64,000 nt of DNA from a virus: positions 32,001-96,000 of IMG/VR virus record IMGVR_UViG_3300035698_009252; one strand, given 5' to 3'. A program made the position numbers and the translations under genes. Within the stretch, counting starts at the first letter, position 1. Each line of letters starts with the position of its first letter. The notes below the pieces were generated by a model, which had not been told where the DNA came from, made no database searches, and saw nothing but the letters and a program-made list of their open reading frames with translations. Below are positions 21,001-31,733 of this stretch, piece after piece.

Positions 21001-21606
21001 GGGATTGAGTTGAGTACCCTGCAATCCGTACTGGATACCGATATACGGCTGAATGAATCCGCCCGTAACCCACCAGTGTCCCAGGTGCCCCACTGCAAGA
21101 CACAACACTCGTTTGCACAGGTTCTTTTTAACGTCATAATTACTGATGCCGATGGGAAAGATTTCATCTTCGTCGTATACTGTACCCTCATAGGTCTTGT
21201 TGACATTCGTCCAAAACCAAAGGTGAAGGACATTGCTTGTGCGGTCATACGTCAAGCGTGGAGCGTACACCTCGCGCAAGGGCAAAATTGCTTCCGTATC
21301 AAGCGTTGGGCCTTCTTCCGTCTCGTCGGTGACATATGGAACCCAACGATACCCTGAAACAAGTCCCCGGAAATCCTTTCGTGCCCACATCAAGACCCGA
21401 CTGGTCTCATCTACCTCTTGGAGTGGGCTAGATTTCCACTGAAGGCTGTCTTCCCTCGCGTAGCGACGGATTTCCATCCCATCCGTCGCGTCCATCGTAG
21501 TCATCTCGGGAATGAATACCATCGAGTCCCGGTCACTGATTACGACACACTCGGAATGCCGGGACATGTGATAGAAGCTACTCGGGTTTGGATTTATCCA
21601 AGCCAT
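18082..21606 (-). CDS. collagen-like tail fibre protein
   Basis: 1174 aa with a long G-X-Y run ([12 protein letters not shown]); lies after baseplate genes. Confidence 0.8.
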   Translation of the reverse strand: MAWINPNPSSFYHMSRHSECVVISDRDSMVFIPEMTTMDATDGMEIRRYAREDSLQWKSSPLQEVDETSRVLMWARKDFRGLVSGYRWVPYVTDETEEGPTLDTEAILPLREVYAPRLTYDRTSNVLHLWFWTNVNKTYEGTVYDEDEIFPIGISNYDVKKNLCKRVLCLAVGHLGHWWVTGGFIQPYIGIQYGLQGTQLNPQFNDPQFDIVPIFTRPVIITNFETPEVGDLPGLITDGWYESGGGGPGPPGPRGFQGFQGPQGPKGPQGFQGPQGPQGIQGNDGFQGFQGLQGPQGFQGFQGFQGFQGFQGLQGLQGPQGFQGLQGFQGLRGPQGFQGFQGNRGFQGNRGFQGFQGLQGFQGFQGFQGFQGRGSQGFQGPQGPQGIQGFQGFQGNRGFQGFQGFQGLQGLQGLQGLQGFQGSGGNDGLQGFQGFQGNRGFQGFRGSQGFQGFQGFQGFQGLQGFQGLQGFQGGNDRMWDVEESTIDAEKFTVRPGIWVRNGRMSGNGEKYDYEYDPVGAGSIASDYTGNLEVYAVLMNSDGVNQRTSAWLDISNESTDYDEGGDGTNGVEILYSKVMLGRGFVLGTGFKADSFGQLRHIATIAYDTGEITGVTQHQNGMFHDINPIYGIVDTALDFHTVVSYDSDGPLTSHATMAAILYVHEGHWQQRDVHLTSSPLFTTDYTDYDAGYDEVYVTIAPDTADIASMTYDPSLEPVACRVVNELTWDHEDWDDTPVTDYYGLVYHKLFKFDVQRQAVGDGGNTMDCVQFQPYWKGGEIRHDFVRPDGKASGIANIDLEIQRIEGLDFITDAASRNEGALQDAGAYESLIVSNSITRYANDYAIPYYHYSTGGVTPKAYARIDSNDAGSWTTTSRSIEIGQSKLRLYNFITTTADDTPTDFSGSGTADGKYLVLVRQQVSSQKHDLEYLDLSSIAYVLPGDVPALCPKVTCADLLALDCDWNDIIGDDNFKHNLLDFVSAGSPRDTSGVNPDHDVRYWFNTTHGGTNAYDYKTTGTLEIENPSLTAISTTGGIYALHGVYADKGGATQAGYFDDGAQTAALANGSDAGFFVSGTNNAALGGSGYAGYFISAGESVGLCDGTYAVYATGDVLIADGTIDVASPGETYNIHGNVGQDEGNLFEGGIFVNDDSWAIMTIEVPDGSGGTKEVQVLGKDV
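20188..20870. repeat. 9-bp tandem repeat encoding Gly-X-Gln collagen triplets
   Basis: ccctggaaa / ccctgcaag / ccctggaag units. Confidence 0.95.
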
Positions 21607-21618
21607 GAATTACACCAT

Positions 21619-22374
21619 TTATTGACAGAACACTAATGCTCGTAGAGGGATACCATCGTCGCCCGAATTGTAGACCCTCACATTTTGACCATCTTCAACA
21701 GTCTCATCTGTGCCATAATACCCCACGGCCACCTCTCCGAGTTTCCCCGTCAAGTCGCCTTCGTACATTCGGGATACTTGTACAAAAGAAATCTTGCGAG
21801 TGGAAGAAAGAAGAAAACCTTTCTTTCCTTCGGACCTGAAATCTACCATTTGGGGGCGCAGCATCGTTCCAGAAGTGGCCATGCTATCCGCATAGACTTT
21901 CCCCTCGGGGCTCTTATCCAGCTTCGGAACATCTCCTGTCAAATCCAGGATAGCCATGAGCATTGCATCATTCACAGTATGTCGCCGGTCCTGGCTATAG
22001 GTGCGAATGGATTGCGGGTTTAACCGAGTTTCCCGAGTCGGGCTCAAGTACAAAAAGTGTTTTTTCTTCCCACTCAGGCCCTCCCAGGAAATATTGGCCC
22101 CTCCACAAAAGTAAACACCCCTCATCACACCCGACGCGGACAAGGCGGACTGTGACGCATTTGCATGCAAATGCACGATAAAGGAGCCTGCCCCCTCATC
22201 AGTCACTTGCCATGCCCCTTCATCAAAAACGCAATTCCGTAAAGACCTGGTTGCGGCCAACAAGATATTCTCCACAAGCTGCCACTTTCGCATCTCCACT
22301 TCCGGGAAGATGCCATCCTTGAGTCCATGGACAGGGATGCCCAGGACCTTTGTTCTGTGCTTATACTTTCTCAT
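21619..22374 (-). CDS. hypothetical baseplate-region protein
   Basis: 251-aa ORF in the tail operon. Confidence 0.6.
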   Translation of the reverse strand: MRKYKHRTKVLGIPVHGLKDGIFPEVEMRKWQLVENILLAATRSLRNCVFDEGAWQVTDEGAGSFIVHLHANASQSALSASGVMRGVYFCGGANISWEGLSGKKKHFLYLSPTRETRLNPQSIRTYSQDRRHTVNDAMLMAILDLTGDVPKLDKSPEGKVYADSMATSGTMLRPQMVDFRSEGKKGFLLSSTRKISFVQVSRMYEGDLTGKLGEVAVGYYGTDETVEDGQNVRVYNSGDDGIPLRALVFCQ

Positions 22375-22571
22375 AATGCCACCTCTTCTCCTCCAACAAG
22401 GCTTTCGCCCACAATGAAAGGTTTGTATTCCTTGGCCCCTTTTGTTGCCTCTTCCTTACGATTCGGCCTCGTCGTGTTAGAACGAACGAAAACGGGGACA
22501 TGAGGCAAATCCCGCAAAACAGCCTGATTCGAATTCTTCCGAAACCATCTCTCACTTCTTAGCCCTCTCAT
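22371..22571 (-). CDS. small hypothetical protein
   Basis: ATG coupled to the upstream stop (TGATG); 66 aa. Confidence 0.5.
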   Translation of the reverse strand: MRGLRSERWFRKNSNQAVLRDLPHVPVFVRSNTTRPNRKEEATKGAKEYKPFIVGESLVGGEEVAL

Positions 22572-25183
22572 CAGAATCCTGCCATCTCTAAATCGGTTGT
22601 CCAAGTCTTCGCCACGAAATCTACGTTGTGTGAGACATTTGTGATAACCAGCAAGCCCCACCGATGGTAAGGCTTGATGTCGGCATTACCAGGAACCGAT
22701 GTCCTCCCCATCGTCATATAGTGAGACGCTTGTGCCTGTGTCCTGTCGGCATAATCAGAAAGCATCTCCTCGTTTACGTACCCCGAAACAGGTAACACCG
22801 CAGCCTTTTCCCAGGGCACTACAGGATTCGTCACCGTACTTCGGATTTGTGTTCTAATTACAGAGGGGGGATTGTCAATTTTTGAGCCCTCCCCCTGGTA
22901 AATCACCTCTTGCCCCATCACGACAATCTTGTTTCGAAGGTTCCCGAACTCCGGCTGCTGGTCATCCGTGACAATCTTTGTATTCGGATAAGACGGCTCC
23001 CAATCAGTCGCCCCTTCGCTATAGATGGGCAATCCTACACTGTTCAGTTCGTAGAAGTAAATCAACCCATCTATCACCAAATAGTTGTGGTTCGTATCCT
23101 CCATCACCTCTTCAAGTGCTGTTCTGACCGTTGTCCCCGATTTCCAATCAAAACGAGCCACATTCACGTCCTCCGAAACAGAAAGCCGGATAGCAACATC
23201 CGCATTGGCCGTGTTGGTAACAAGTCCGGCATACCGGCAAAGGTAGTCGATAGCCGTCCCAAGGGTCTCTCCATCCATAAATGGGGCGTTGATAAGCATG
23301 ATGTCGTCTAACTTCTTCTCCAGTCCCACCAGGGGAACACTCCAAATTGCACCCTGAGAAGACTTGGAATCGGATATGCCCATACCTAATCCCTTAAAGA
23401 TAACTCCTCCGGTACACCCAGAGGGGACGCCCGTCATATCAAAAACAATAGCCCCGATACTTTGCACTGTTGCCGCACCTTGCCCAGCAGGTCCATACTT
23501 ATCAACAACCATTGTTCCACTGGAGCCATCCGTAGAAATCGATACACTGATGTTCTGGACATACTCTTTCCAATTCCCCGAAGTACTCTTATCCCCCGGC
23601 ATCCCTGCTGGAGTCCAGTTGATTTCAAAATTGCCATTGTCATTCAAGACAGGAGACTCTCTCTCTTCTATTATCTCGATGATGGAACCAAACACTTCGC
23701 CATGACGACGACGGAAAAGGGCATCCGGGAACCTCAAATCCCACGAGATGTAATTGTAATGGGTGTCTGTCGGGGAGATAGGTACATACCCGGAATCCAT
23801 CACAGATGGTGCTGGGTCCAACATGCTCGTAGCATTCCTTGTCCAAATGGGATAAACAGCATAGGAAATTGTGATTTCGCCAGGGATATCGTCTGATGAC
23901 AGGAACCACTCGTCAAACGCTCCCCATGGCGAGAAAAACGCCGGGACGTATCCTATTTCGTATTTGCAATTCTTTGCAAAAACCACCAGTTCTGTACCAA
24001 AGTCCACCACTGTGCTCTCTGCCGGGTCAAGCGGAGAATGGGTCTCCTCGTCGCTGGACCATACAAACACTTCGTCTGGCGAAGACGGGTCAAAACCATC
24101 TGACCAGGGCTCTTGCAAAACAGCAGCATCTTTCAGCTTCGGGACATAAACACTGGCCGCCTGAGTCGTTACAATATTGAATGCATTCGTCCGGGCTTCC
24201 TGAATACCACTTGCCACAATAATGCCATTCCAACAAGGATATACCACAACGATGTAAGGGACTTTGCCGTCAATAGCCTCTTGTTGGACAGGGCCTCCCT
24301 TCGTACGCCCCTCCATTAGATTGACACTTACCCAGTTCTTATCATCTTCAACATCCGGCCCTGTCCCTACTCTTACCCTCATTTCGCCAACATCGACCAT
24401 CTCCATTTGAACTTCACCAAATGTAATTGTGAAATCCCACCCCCTTTGGGACACAAGGTGGGGATCGGATACACCGGGCCGCTGTGGAACGACATTCAAC
24501 AAGAGAACAAATGCACCCGTCACCACAAGTGATTCTTCATCGTCCCATCCGTGAAGTAACGGAGGATTGTCTGGGGAATTAAGCGTCATCAAAACAGTAT
24601 TCTCGTCTTCTTTGTCGTCTTTTGGGTCAACAGACACGTAATTGATGCCAGGATACTTTCCCCACGTAGCCCAGTCGATACCCTCCGTTTTACCTACCGG
24701 ACTACCATTGTGCTCTTCAATCAACCAATTAAAGAGTTCCTCCTTCGTGCCCACGACGGAGTCGGAATCCGCGACATAGTAGGCAGCGAAGTTCCCATCT
24801 AAAACAGATTCCTGTGTGTACAATCCATTTTCAGGAAGAATCCATGACGGGATGACAAGCTTTGGCATAACAGAGTACACAGCATTCACAAAAACCGATG
24901 GTGACCGTTTGATGGAATCCCACGCATCCTCCGTGATGAACTCGGGCCGGGGTGATGGGTCGGGAGAAGAGCCGTTTGCAAACGCCCAGGCTTCATCTAC
25001 AGACACTGTCATAAAGAACCGGTCACCCTTGCCTGTCGGGTCAAAAGTATCATGGCTTTGCCCCTCCGAATACATGTAAAATCTCTGGGATTCATACACG
25101 ATTCTCGTAAACGTCTTACGGGTGACCTGGGGGTCGCTCGCCTTGTCAATGACATTTGTGATTGTAGTAACCGGATTCGCCAT
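22571..25183 (-). CDS. putative baseplate hub / tail tip protein
   Basis: Directly after tape measure; C-terminal NLRNKIVVMG...VPGNADIKP...ITNVSHNVD..WTTDLE. Confidence 0.6.
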   Translation of the reverse strand: MANPVTTITNVIDKASDPQVTRKTFTRIVYESQRFYMYSEGQSHDTFDPTGKGDRFFMTVSVDEAWAFANGSSPDPSPRPEFITEDAWDSIKRSPSVFVNAVYSVMPKLVIPSWILPENGLYTQESVLDGNFAAYYVADSDSVVGTKEELFNWLIEEHNGSPVGKTEGIDWATWGKYPGINYVSVDPKDDKEDENTVLMTLNSPDNPPLLHGWDDEESLVVTGAFVLLLNVVPQRPGVSDPHLVSQRGWDFTITFGEVQMEMVDVGEMRVRVGTGPDVEDDKNWVSVNLMEGRTKGGPVQQEAIDGKVPYIVVVYPCWNGIIVASGIQEARTNAFNIVTTQAASVYVPKLKDAAVLQEPWSDGFDPSSPDEVFVWSSDEETHSPLDPAESTVVDFGTELVVFAKNCKYEIGYVPAFFSPWGAFDEWFLSSDDIPGEITISYAVYPIWTRNATSMLDPAPSVMDSGYVPISPTDTHYNYISWDLRFPDALFRRRHGEVFGSIIEIIEERESPVLNDNGNFEINWTPAGMPGDKSTSGNWKEYVQNISVSISTDGSSGTMVVDKYGPAGQGAATVQSIGAIVFDMTGVPSGCTGGVIFKGLGMGISDSKSSQGAIWSVPLVGLEKKLDDIMLINAPFMDGETLGTAIDYLCRYAGLVTNTANADVAIRLSVSEDVNVARFDWKSGTTVRTALEEVMEDTNHNYLVIDGLIYFYELNSVGLPIYSEGATDWEPSYPNTKIVTDDQQPEFGNLRNKIVVMGQEVIYQGEGSKIDNPPSVIRTQIRSTVTNPVVPWEKAAVLPVSGYVNEEMLSDYADRTQAQASHYMTMGRTSVPGNADIKPYHRWGLLVITNVSHNVDFVAKTWTTDLEMAGF

Positions 25184-25185
25184 TC

Positions 25186-28100
25186 TTACCCCATCACCAT
25201 CGGATTGTAACCCGCCTTGCTTAAAGACGCCCTCACCTCAGCAGAGTTGATAACCTCTGCCACCATAGTTGCCATTCTGCCATTCAACGTCGGGTCCTGG
25301 GAGTTAATTCGCAAGTCGCCGGTAATCTTCAATGTCGTTGCCCCACCCGCTACGCCACCTTCTCCGGGTGTCGCCATATGTGCATAATTGGATGTCGACG
25401 AGATTGCCCCTTCAGTCATTCCCGCTCTAGCTTCTCGGCCTTCCATCGTTGCCTGCGAACCAGAAACGTTAGCGGATTCTTTCGCCCCCGCAACTTTCTG
25501 CCAATTCCCCTGAAAGACACCAGCACCCCTGGCAGCGCCACTACTCCCCAAGCCGCTCCCCAGGCCGCCACCACTCCCCATAGTCTTACTGCCCCGGCCC
25601 CCCAATCGGCTGGAAGATGCCCCAAATCGGCTTGGCCCCTTACCTTCCAACATTATACTCGGGCGTCCCGCCTTCGCCTTTGCGATACCACCTATCTCGT
25701 GTCGTGCCAGGAAAGCCTTCCTATCCGCATCAGTAAGAGGCTTCTTCCCTGTCGCCGCTTTCTTCTCATACTTCTCCATTTCGACACGTGCTTTTTCAAC
25801 CCGCTCTGCCTGGTCTAGATGTTTCCACAGTTCTATCTCGGTACCTCTTTCCTGCATCGCGTCAAAGGTTGCCGTCTCCTTCTCATACCGCCGACGAGCT
25901 TTGCTTGGAGGCTCTGATTTAGATAACTGTTTGCCAGGTAACTGTTTGCCCTCAAGAGTCGAAGTTCTCCCGGCAAATGGATTCTGCATCTCCTGGCTAC
26001 GAAGGAAATTACTCGATTTGGAAACCTCCTTCGCACCGTCCTTTGTGTTCTTCTCTATCTTCTTGAGGGCAGCTTCATTCTTTGCAGCAGCCTTGCCCGT
26101 TTTTGCCTGACCCTCTTTGATGGCAGCCTCGACACGCTCGCTTGCACCACCTTCTCCCCCTTCACCTTTCGAGTCAAGGAGGGCAATGGCAATTTCCCTT
26201 GCCACCCCAAGAATGCCGCCGAGTAAGCCATGAGCCCCTTCGTCATGCGTAAACAAAGAACCACTAACGGAAGAATTCTTGTCTATGTTCGTCACGGCAT
26301 CAGCCGTATCCTCGGTATGCTCTTCCGTGTTGTGCATATCCCGCGCCAGTCTCTCCTCTCCCGACAACCTCTTAGGGCCACCCCCTCTCAATCCCTGCAA
26401 CTGTCGCATAATAGACCGGTCTGCTAGATTCCTCACTCCACCCGGACCAGCAGCCATCGGCATCCCCGCCGCATTGTAAGCCCGGCTCCCGGCAACTCCA
26501 CGAATCGCGGATACCCGGTTGACGCCCTTTATCGCACCCATATCACGAAGCTGTCCGAAAGCTGCCCCTAGAATCTTGTCCATCACGTCCTTTTGGACAC
26601 CCACAGACTTCTTCTGCATCACAAACCACGCCTTGCGCACAGCAGTCTCTTGTCGGAGCAAGTCCTGAGAACTATCGCCCGCAGCCCTCATACTCTCAAG
26701 AGTCTGCTGTTCAATGTTATACTTCTCACGAGCAAGAGAAACCATATCTCCCTGGATATCCAGCATTTTGCTGTAATGGGCACCTATAAAACTGAGGTAA
26801 TCCAGTTCATCGGAAAGTCCCTCTTCCTGCAAGGAGATGGTCTGCATTTGGATTGCAGCCCCCTTCTTAATGGCTTCAACCTGAGACTTGATTTCCGTTG
26901 TCTTGATTTTTTCCATCTGGACTTGGGCTTCAACCTCCGCAGTCCTCAGCCGCTCATCAGCCTCAGCCCCCTGATTCGCAGCCCTCAATATGGCCGCATT
27001 CTTCTTGTGCTGTTCAAGCTGGTCCCTTACTGCGTCTCGTTCAATCTTGGCACGAGTCTTCGCTGCCCTTTGCGCCATAGCAACCGTTGCTCCCAAAGAA
27101 TCCATCGCCGCATCTGAAAATTCGGCTAACTCAAACCGGACCTCTGCCATATCCAGGCCCGCCGTTGCCCGGCGTCCCCCAGCGCTACGCATTGCCGAGT
27201 CTATCGCTTCCTGGAGCCCGTCAAAGACTCCATAGAGTCTTTCCTTCGCCGCTGCCGACTCTTTCTCTAGTTCTGCGGTTGATTCGTCTGCCGCCTCAAT
27301 CATACCGGCATAGTAATTCTTCAGTGCTTTTGTAGGAGCATTTCTCTTCGCCTCCTCAAGCCCTGCTTTCTCCCTCTCATTGTCCTGAATCATTCCCTCG
27401 TTATTTTTCAGGATTTCCAAGGAGAGCTTCCTATTCACCTCGTTGCGTTCTGCAATGTTCTTAAGCCCCTTGCCCGTATCCTTATCTACCTCGGCCCTCG
27501 CCTCAATGACCGCAAGGTTACGGCTCGCAATCTTGTACTCCTGGGTATTCGTAGCACTCCTCTTTTCGAACACAGCGATGGCTTCCTTCGCACCTCCCAA
27601 CAGTTTTCCCTCAGCATCGAGCTGTTCTTTCAAATCTATATTTCGTGTGTCTTGTGCCTTTGTTGTGGCACTCCCAGCAGCGACAAGAGCCTCGTATAAA
27701 TCCTTACCCTTCTTCGCCAAATCACCTTGCTTGGCTAATGCCTCTATGGCTTCTTCTTCCCGCTTGGTCACATTGTTAATAATGGAATTGGCACGGATAG
27801 CGATTGTCTCGTGCTCCGCCATGACAGCCGCCGCACCCTCAACGTCACCCTTTAATTGAAGCTCCGCCGCATATGCCGCCCTTTGCGTCATCGCAGTATT
27901 TTTTGTCCACTTTAGCTTTACGGCGGATATCTCAGCCTGCTTCCTCGTCCAAGTGGAAATCTTCTCTTCGTTTTCCCTAATGTTCTTTCCAAGGGAACTT
28001 TGACGTTCTGACAACTTCTTGCGTAACGCCAAGTTTTCCGTTTCCTTCTTGGTTCCGGGAACTAAATCCTTCGATTTCTTATTGGCCTTATCGAGTTCAT

Positions 28101-30924
28101 CGGTGACACCGGCAAGAGAATGTTTCAGGCCAGCAGCATTCCCGCGAAGGCCCCTAATGCTTCCGCCCTCCAAAACTGCCAAACCATCAGACAATCCTTC
28201 AATCTCGTCATTAAGCGCATCCAGTTGGGTTTTTGCGGATTTGCCGATTTTTTCAAAGTCCCCTTCGTTTAACCTGCCCAAGTCCGCTCCACTCCCTCTG
28301 AAGTTTTTCTTGGCGTCGGCAGACAGTCCATTGAAAAGGTCCTTACCAGCCTTCCTGGCTTCCGCTGCATACTTCTCCAATTCATCCCGGCGGCTTTTTT
28401 GCTGCTCTTTAATCTTGGGGAACTGAGCCACGACCTGATTAACCACGTCTATCGCAGCGGAAGCCTCTGCTTTCAATTCCCTCCGCAAATCTGCCCCAGA
28501 CATCGCTCCCGTTTCGCCCGCGTAAGAAGTCCTCTGTCCCTTTATCTGGGACAACATTTCAGCCTGGGCAATCCCTGGCGTTTTCAAAAGCTGTTGTATA
28601 ACCGCACTGATTCCATTGACGAAGGTTTCGGCAGCTTCTAACTCATACTGCTTGAGCTGCGTAAGAGAAATCCGACGTTCCTCATTCGTCATATCGGCGT
28701 CTTTTGCTATTTCCCGACGCCTTTCGGAAAGCCCCTTGTTCAGAAGTTCGAAACGGGATGACGTTGCCTTTGTCGAGTCGGACACAGCCTGATTGAATTC
28801 TCCGAGTGCTCCCCCGAACTCTGTCAGGCTCCGCAAGCTAATCCCCGCAACTTCCTTCTCCATTTCGGACAATTGGACTTTTGTCGTCTCTGCAACCTTG
28901 CCCAAGGCCATTAATTGATGCTCAAAGGCCAATGATGATTTGCGGAATCGGTCCTGGGACGCCTTTACAGCAGCCGCGAGTTTCTCATTGGGCTGTATAG
29001 CCCGTGTCATGGAATCTCTGAACTCGCGTGTTGCCGCAGTATGAAGCATCTCGGCCTTCGCAGCCTCCGTCTTGGCGGCATTGGCCTTTTTCAGATTCTT
29101 CATGTCGAAAATCAGCCATTTGCCAAATCCTACAAGCCCTCCCACGATAACCCCAACAATCCCTCCTACTACCGTTCCCAGAACCGGAACGAATGACCCA
29201 ATAGCCGCTCCGGCAGCGCCCAAGCCCGCAGCAAAACCCGTAATGTTCGCGCCAAGGGTCTTATATTCTGCGGTTACGTCAGCACTCGCCGCCTTCAAAT
29301 CGTGTCCAGATGTACGGTATTCATCCGCCATCTTTTTTGAGCTTCTCGCAGATTTGGCAAAGGCCCAAGACGCAATAGCAAGAGCCGCAATCAAGGTCGT
29401 AACAGCCACTGCTGCCGCAGTCATGCCTGTGACTAATCCCTTTGCCCCCTTCATCATCTTGGCGAACATCGGGCCTATTTTCTTCAGAACCATGGACGTT
29501 GCACCTTTTGGGCCACCACTGGTAATAGACTGCGCTCCACCCGTGGCTAATACTGCCGCCGTCGTAGCATTTTGTGACGCAATCTGGGTACCCATAAGAA
29601 GGTTTGTTGCCCCTATCAATGCCAGACTTCCACCTACTGCCGAGAGGGTCCCCATTGCGTACTTGGAAATCATTGCCAACTTGGGACCAAAAGTTGGCAT
29701 CAAGTTGTTAACCAGGAAATCCTTAATATCTTCCTGTGTCTTATTTGACTTCTGCTGTTCATTCAGCATTTTGACGTCGTCAGAATTTGCAATTCCGGCG
29801 TTTATGCCACCCAACAATCCCGCCGACTGCAACTCCAAGGCAGCGGATATCTTACCAGACTTCGCCAGTGAAAACAGGGAGGCCGCCTGGTCATCCAAGC
29901 TGGCCGTCACACTCAAGTCCGCCTCAAGAGTCGGAATGCTTTCGACAAGTTCTACAAATTCCTTTAGCTTCTCAGTTGGGTCTCCTCCAAATGCTTTTTG
30001 AAGTTTCTTCGCTGCATTCGCCATCCCGGCGACACTGACTACTCCCGTTTCTGCCCCTGACCTGAGAACCTGGTAGAAATCTTTTGACTGTTCCTTTGTG
30101 AGACTCAGTTCGTCGCGAAGCCCTTCCAGTTGCTTGTAATCCGCGCCAACCGTGGTTGCCCCCATAACTTGAGCTTGGACGTTGAATTTGGCAAGAGCTT
30201 TGGCGGCATCAAGATAGCCATCAACAAGCTTCCCGACCTTGTCGAGCAAGTAAACCATCGCGATACCTGCCGCCATCGCTCCCGTTGCGTTCTTTCCGAG
30301 TCCCCCGGCGAAACGCTCCGCCTCTTCTCTCCCCGAGACCATAGATTTCTTGGCTAAATCATAGACACTCGCAACACCGTCGACCTCCCCCGCCAAACTC
30401 TTACTAGATGCCGCGAGTTCATCATTCGCCTTTTTGACGCGGTCCAGCTCTCCCTTCAAATCACTGTTGGAATCCCCCAAATCCCTTTCCGCTTTCGCCG
30501 CCCTCGTCGCCTCCCCGGCCACTTCCCTCATCGAAGAAGCAGCCTGGCCTCCCGATTTCTTAACACTCCCCAGGTCTGACGCGAATGTACCGCTCCCAGC
30601 AGCCGCCCGGCTAAAAGCCATAGACGCGGCGTCCGTAGTTGACGCCAAGTCCATCATGCTGCCCGAAGTGCTCGAAATAACCTTCTTCGCAGAGGTTAAC
30701 CCAGACACAGCTCCCGCAAGATTCTTCGTGTAATCGTCAGTCGCCTTGGCAAAGGTGCTGCTAATTTTAGCCGCATCCTCTTGGGTCTTCGAGAGCTTCG
30801 CTTGCGCCTCATCCGCCTCTTTGGCGGCGGACACAATGCCTCGCAAACTCTCTTCTACCTGATTCGAACTGGCAGAGACAGCATCAGCGACATCTTTTGT
30901 TGCGGGTGCGTTTTGTCTGGGCAC
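25186..30924 (-). CDS. tail tape measure protein
   Basis: 1912 aa, Ala-rich and helical with hydrophobic Gly/Ala segments; follows tube and chaperone genes. Confidence 0.85.
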   Translation of the reverse strand: MPRQNAPATKDVADAVSASSNQVEESLRGIVSAAKEADEAQAKLSKTQEDAAKISSTFAKATDDYTKNLAGAVSGLTSAKKVISSTSGSMMDLASTTDAASMAFSRAAAGSGTFASDLGSVKKSGGQAASSMREVAGEATRAAKAERDLGDSNSDLKGELDRVKKANDELAASSKSLAGEVDGVASVYDLAKKSMVSGREEAERFAGGLGKNATGAMAAGIAMVYLLDKVGKLVDGYLDAAKALAKFNVQAQVMGATTVGADYKQLEGLRDELSLTKEQSKDFYQVLRSGAETGVVSVAGMANAAKKLQKAFGGDPTEKLKEFVELVESIPTLEADLSVTASLDDQAASLFSLAKSGKISAALELQSAGLLGGINAGIANSDDVKMLNEQQKSNKTQEDIKDFLVNNLMPTFGPKLAMISKYAMGTLSAVGGSLALIGATNLLMGTQIASQNATTAAVLATGGAQSITSGGPKGATSMVLKKIGPMFAKMMKGAKGLVTGMTAAAVAVTTLIAALAIASWAFAKSARSSKKMADEYRTSGHDLKAASADVTAEYKTLGANITGFAAGLGAAGAAIGSFVPVLGTVVGGIVGVIVGGLVGFGKWLIFDMKNLKKANAAKTEAAKAEMLHTAATREFRDSMTRAIQPNEKLAAAVKASQDRFRKSSLAFEHQLMALGKVAETTKVQLSEMEKEVAGISLRSLTEFGGALGEFNQAVSDSTKATSSRFELLNKGLSERRREIAKDADMTNEERRISLTQLKQYELEAAETFVNGISAVIQQLLKTPGIAQAEMLSQIKGQRTSYAGETGAMSGADLRRELKAEASAAIDVVNQVVAQFPKIKEQQKSRRDELEKYAAEARKAGKDLFNGLSADAKKNFRGSGADLGRLNEGDFEKIGKSAKTQLDALNDEIEGLSDGLAVLEGGSIRGLRGNAAGLKHSLAGVTDELDKANKKSKDLVPGTKKETENLALRKKLSERQSSLGKNIRENEEKISTWTRKQAEISAVKLKWTKNTAMTQRAAYAAELQLKGDVEGAAAVMAEHETIAIRANSIINNVTKREEEAIEALAKQGDLAKKGKDLYEALVAAGSATTKAQDTRNIDLKEQLDAEGKLLGGAKEAIAVFEKRSATNTQEYKIASRNLAVIEARAEVDKDTGKGLKNIAERNEVNRKLSLEILKNNEGMIQDNEREKAGLEEAKRNAPTKALKNYYAGMIEAADESTAELEKESAAAKERLYGVFDGLQEAIDSAMRSAGGRRATAGLDMAEVRFELAEFSDAAMDSLGATVAMAQRAAKTRAKIERDAVRDQLEQHKKNAAILRAANQGAEADERLRTAEVEAQVQMEKIKTTEIKSQVEAIKKGAAIQMQTISLQEEGLSDELDYLSFIGAHYSKMLDIQGDMVSLAREKYNIEQQTLESMRAAGDSSQDLLRQETAVRKAWFVMQKKSVGVQKDVMDKILGAAFGQLRDMGAIKGVNRVSAIRGVAGSRAYNAAGMPMAAGPGGVRNLADRSIMRQLQGLRGGGPKRLSGEERLARDMHNTEEHTEDTADAVTNIDKNSSVSGSLFTHDEGAHGLLGGILGVAREIAIALLDSKGEGGEGGASERVEAAIKEGQAKTGKAAAKNEAALKKIEKNTKDGAKEVSKSSNFLRSQEMQNPFAGRTSTLEGKQLPGKQLSKSEPPSKARRRYEKETATFDAMQERGTEIELWKHLDQAERVEKARVEMEKYEKKAATGKKPLTDADRKAFLARHEIGGIAKAKAGRPSIMLEGKGPSRFGASSSRLGGRGSKTMGSGGGLGSGLGSSGAARGAGVFQGNWQKVAGAKESANVSGSQATMEGREARAGMTEGAISSTSNYAHMATPGEGGVAGGATTLKITGDLRINSQDPTLNGRMATMVAEVINSAEVRASLSKAGYNPMVMG

Positions 30925-30937
30925 GGCCTCGTCTCCT

Positions 30938-31720
30938 TTATGTCAATAAGATATCCTTCTCCAGGATGGTGAGAACGACATCCAAGATGGTCGTATGCGT
31001 TTTATAGACCTTCTTGAGCGCTTCGTCACTCAAAGAACCATTCTCATCATGCGAAAGTTCAACCTTCTCCCCGTCCGGGCCACGAAGGCTCCAATCCTTG
31101 AGGTGCCACACCAACATGAAATTCCTGAGCTGGAGCCTGTCGATGAGCACCTGCTGGGCTTCTTGCCGGTACACGCCACAACGCTGCCGGTACGATGACA
31201 TATCCTCATAACTTGGCACCGTAAATTCAAACCACTCCTGGACATGGGTAAGGTACTTGAACTCCTTATAGTCGATGCCAAGCCCCGTCCGGGAGACGCT
31301 GAGCACCTGGCCGTCTTTACGGCCACAAAGGATATCCACCTCCACCTTGTGTCTCTTGTCCTCATCGACGAAGAAAGAAGGCGCTGCCGGTTCCCCTTCG
31401 AGGTCCCCATCTTCGGCGTCTTTCTTAGCCATAGCCATCGCTTCCGGGTTCTCCGTGGACTCCTTTACTCCCAATCGGGAGGCATCATCCTTGTCCTTCG
31501 GAACCGCCAAGTCCTTTTCCGCCCCGGCAAGGGCCTCAGAAGGCTCAGGAACGGCCTCTTCCGGCTCTACGGGTGTACTTGTGCCTTCTGCCGAGTCTTG
31601 CGGTTCTGCGGCATCCTGGGGCGTTTCCGGGGTCTCTAACGCCACCTTTTCGGTGTCTGGAGCCGTTTCCTCGGGGGTGTCCTTGGTTTCCTGTTGCACC
31701 TGGTCTTCTTTATCACTCAT
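30938..31720 (-). CDS. putative tail assembly chaperone (paralogue 3)
   Basis: HLKDWSL motif shared with 32531 and 33240; acidic N-terminal extension. Confidence 0.55.
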   Translation of the reverse strand: MSDKEDQVQQETKDTPEETAPDTEKVALETPETPQDAAEPQDSAEGTSTPVEPEEAVPEPSEALAGAEKDLAVPKDKDDASRLGVKESTENPEAMAMAKKDAEDGDLEGEPAAPSFFVDEDKRHKVEVDILCGRKDGQVLSVSRTGLGIDYKEFKYLTHVQEWFEFTVPSYEDMSSYRQRCGVYRQEAQQVLIDRLQLRNFMLVWHLKDWSLRGPDGEKVELSHDENGSLSDEALKKVYKTHTTILDVVLTILEKDILLT

Positions 31721-31733
31721 TTTCATCTCCTTT

